Below are positions 62,600 through 64,000 of a stretch of DNA of 64,000 nucleotides, in pieces. This DNA comes from Magnetococcales bacterium (GTDB lineage Bacteria; Pseudomonadota; Magnetococcia; Magnetococcales; DC0425bin3). The DNA lies in contig JADGBZ010000007.1 of NCBI GenBank assembly GCA_015231175.1, forward strand, positions 1,846-65,845. The letters run 5' to 3'. The notes beneath the pieces are model-generated. The model was given only the letters and a program-made list of their open reading frames with translations, was not told where the DNA came from and did not search any database. A program made the translations under genes and the position numbers. The number at the start of each line of letters is the position of its first letter. Within the stretch, counting starts at the first letter, position 1.

Positions 62600-63265
62600 A
62601 TGTGCATGGGCGAAAGTTGGCAGTCGGGTCGTCGTGTTTTTGGCGGTATCGTTTTGATTTTATTGTTTCTTTGCCCGACGCTCGCCAGGGCAGAGGAGGA
62701 TCGTGCGCCGCTGGAGCAGTTGCAGGCCTTCCTTGACCGGTTGAAAAGCATCGATGCCGACTTCACCCAGGTGGTTTCCGACCCTGCCAATGGAAAAAAA
62801 ACCGAATACAAGGGCCGGTTTACCGCGCTTCGACCCAACCTGTTCCGCTGGGATTACCAGACCCCCTATGTCCAGCTGATTGTCTCGGATGGCGAATGGA
62901 TCTGGCACTATGAACCGGAGCTTCAACAGGCGACCCGGGTCTCGGTCAAACAGATGGAAAAAACCCCGGCTGGTTTTTTGATTGCCAGCAGGCGGGTCGA
63001 GGAGACCTTCGATTGGAAGGCCGTCACGGATCCGGAATGGAAGACGCCGACTGTCACCCTGCGTCCGCGCCAAGCTGACAGCAACTTCCAGGAGATCGCC
63101 GTCACCCTGGATCCAGACGGGGAGCATATCCGCAACATGGTCGTGGTTGACAACCTGGGCAACCGTTCCCGATTTACTTTTCATGATATGCGCGCCAGCC
63201 GGTCCCTGGATCGGCAAAGTTTTCGTTTCGCACCACCGACAGGCGTGGATGTGGTTACCGAGTAG
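62600..63265 (+). CDS. lolA: outer-membrane lipoprotein carrier protein LolA
   Basis: 221 aa (alternative ATG 62606). Signal peptide. LQAFLDRLKSIDADFTQ, RPNLFRWDY, WIWHYEPELQQ are typical LolA blocks. Confidence 0.85.
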   Translation: MCMGESWQSGRRVFGGIVLILLFLCPTLARAEEDRAPLEQLQAFLDRLKSIDADFTQVVSDPANGKKTEYKGRFTALRPNLFRWDYQTPYVQLIVSDGEWIWHYEPELQQATRVSVKQMEKTPAGFLIASRRVEETFDWKAVTDPEWKTPTVTLRPRQADSNFQEIAVTLDPDGEHIRNMVVVDNLGNRSRFTFHDMRASRSLDRQSFRFAPPTGVDVVTE

Positions 63266-63381
63266 AAGAAGAACGTTTGATGCCATCGGATGGGGTTGCC
63301 GGGTAGAGGAAGATCGTTTGATGCCATCGGATGGGGTCACTGGGTAGAGGGAGATCGTTTTATGCCATCGTTCGATATTGT
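63259..63381 (+). repeat. 41-bp tandem repeat x3 that triplicates the yajQ ribosome-binding site and start codon
   Basis: Units at 63259, 63300 and 63341. Each carries GTAGAGGAAG-like SD plus ATGCCATCG. Units 1 and 2 encode 8-codon mini-ORFs (MPSDGVAG*, MPSDGVTG*). Unit 3 holds the real start. Confidence 0.9.
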
Positions 63382-63847
63382 CTCGAAGGTGGATTTGCAG
63401 GAAGTGGACAACGCCGTCAATCAGGCTGCCAAGGAGATTGGCAACCGGTTTGATTTCAAGGGGTCCAAGAGCAAGCTGGAACGGGAAGAGTCGGTGATCA
63501 AATTAATCTCGGAAGATGAGTATAAACTCGAACAGATCGTCGACATTCTGCGGGGCAAGCTCATTCGCCGCCAGGTAGATCCCCAATCCATGGATTTTGG
63601 CAAAATTGAGCCGGCTTCGGGTGGATTGGTCCGCCAGCATATCACGATTCGCCAGGGTATCGACAAGGATTTGGGCCGGGAGATCGTCAAGAGGGTCAAA
63701 GAGTCCAAAATCAAGGTTCAGGTGGCCATTCAGGGGGAGGAGGTCCGCGTTTCCGGGAAGAAACGAGATGACCTCCAGAGTGCCATTGCCCTCCTGCGCA
63801 AAGAAAATCTTGGCCAGCCACTCCAATTCGAGAATTTCCGGGATTGA
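63362..63847 (+). CDS. yajQ: YajQ family nucleotide (c-di-GMP)-binding protein (UPF0234/DUF520)
   Basis: ORF track 63290..63847 trimmed to ATG 63362. 161 aa, beginning MPSFDIVSKVDLQEV as in E. coli YajQ and ending QFENFRD. Confidence 0.9.
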   Translation: MPSFDIVSKVDLQEVDNAVNQAAKEIGNRFDFKGSKSKLEREESVIKLISEDEYKLEQIVDILRGKLIRRQVDPQSMDFGKIEPASGGLVRQHITIRQGIDKDLGREIVKRVKESKIKVQVAIQGEEVRVSGKKRDDLQSAIALLRKENLGQPLQFENFRD

Positions 63848-63852
63848 AGAAC

Positions 63853-64000
63853 ATGTCGGGCAACAGTGACCGGAAGATCGGCGTGATTTCCTTGGGTTGT
63901 GCCAAGAACCAAGTGGACAGCGAGTTCATGTTGGGGCAGTTTCGCAATCAGGGCTACCAACTGACCAATGACCCCGAGCAGGCTGATATTCTGGTCGTCA
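63853..64000 (+). CDS. rimO: ribosomal protein S12 methylthiotransferase RimO-like (MiaB/RimO family), 3' end outside window
   Basis: Not in the ORF track because there is no stop before the window end. ATG 63853 then MSGNSDRKIGVISLGCAKNQVDSEFMLGQFRNQGYQLTNDPEQADILVV, matching the UPF0004 N-terminal domain (KIGFVSLGCPKNLVDSE in E. coli RimO). Confidence 0.7.
   Translation, partial: MSGNSDRKIGVISLGCAKNQVDSEFMLGQFRNQGYQLTNDPEQADILVV

Noticed and set aside
63290-63361. 24-codon N-terminal extension of YajQ suggested by the ORF track (start 63290)
   Set aside because: YajQ homologues begin MPSFDIVS, which is exactly what ATG 63362 gives. The extension consists only of the tandem-repeat units.
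1-64000. tRNA, rRNA, tmRNA, SRP RNA, RNase P RNA and riboswitches
   Set aside because: Scanning the intergenic regions by eye for T-loop (GTTCRANYC), SRP and RNase P core motifs and cobalamin or Moco riboswitch cores found nothing convincing. A proper tRNAscan-SE and Infernal run is needed to be sure.

Overview
64-kb chromosomal window, moderately GC-rich by eye. I call about 56 protein-coding genes and found no rRNA, tRNA, tmRNA or CRISPR array. GapR/DUF2312, a TIGR02281-type retropepsin, the divergent gloB/methyltransferase pair and divergent rluC/rne point to an alphaproteobacterium-like host. A cereblon-type CULT protein and two Mms6/MamG-like LG-repeat mini-proteins make a magnetotactic lineage a tentative guess only. 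Layout: (1) 1-3.8 kb, right end of a phage-derived tail-fibre module. (2) 4-8.3 kb, DUF971, nagZ, a molybdopterin oxidoreductase and nth. (3) 8.5-12.8 kb, a hypothetical gene plus two tandem secreted Sel1-repeat paralogues whose 3' 1018 nt are almost identical. (4) rluC/rne. (5) 16.7-27.9 kb, a dense phosphorelay cluster with no MCP: CheC-like, PAS hybrid kinase, REC-GGDEF, CheA, pseudo-receiver hybrid kinase, SpoIIE phosphatase and HAMP-REC-HPt. (6) FimV/HubP-like hub, DHH phosphoesterase and orphan larC. (7) 33.9-37.5 kb, an operon opening with two LG-repeat mini membrane proteins, then a small Cys-tailed membrane protein, a degenerate MBL-like protein, a NifX-like protein with a His-Gly tail and a GT-C-like membrane protein. 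(8) A minus-strand block: clpSA, recN, nadK, DUF815 ATPase, Ser/Thr-kinase-FGE fusion and a Trp-rich protein built of 11-residue repeats. (9) A CULT-rhodanese-CysZ unit, with a B12-radical-SAM gene following after a 92-nt gap. (10) A long helical protein with a CheZ-like motif, then gapR, rlmL, gloB, xerD, an Rpn nuclease, a cytochrome b/PepSY/two-component cassette, lolA, yajQ and the start of rimO. Recurrent non-genic signals are a ~90-bp REP-like element (3 copies), a C13 homopolymer in a divergent promoter, and an unusual number of 41-66-bp tandem duplications sitting on stop or start codons. The best candidates for undescribed biology are the LG-repeat mini-protein operon, the MCP-less CheA/CheC/GGDEF phosphorelay, the CULT-rhodanese-CysZ unit and the 11-mer-repeat protein. 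All functional calls come from recognising motifs by eye, with no database search.
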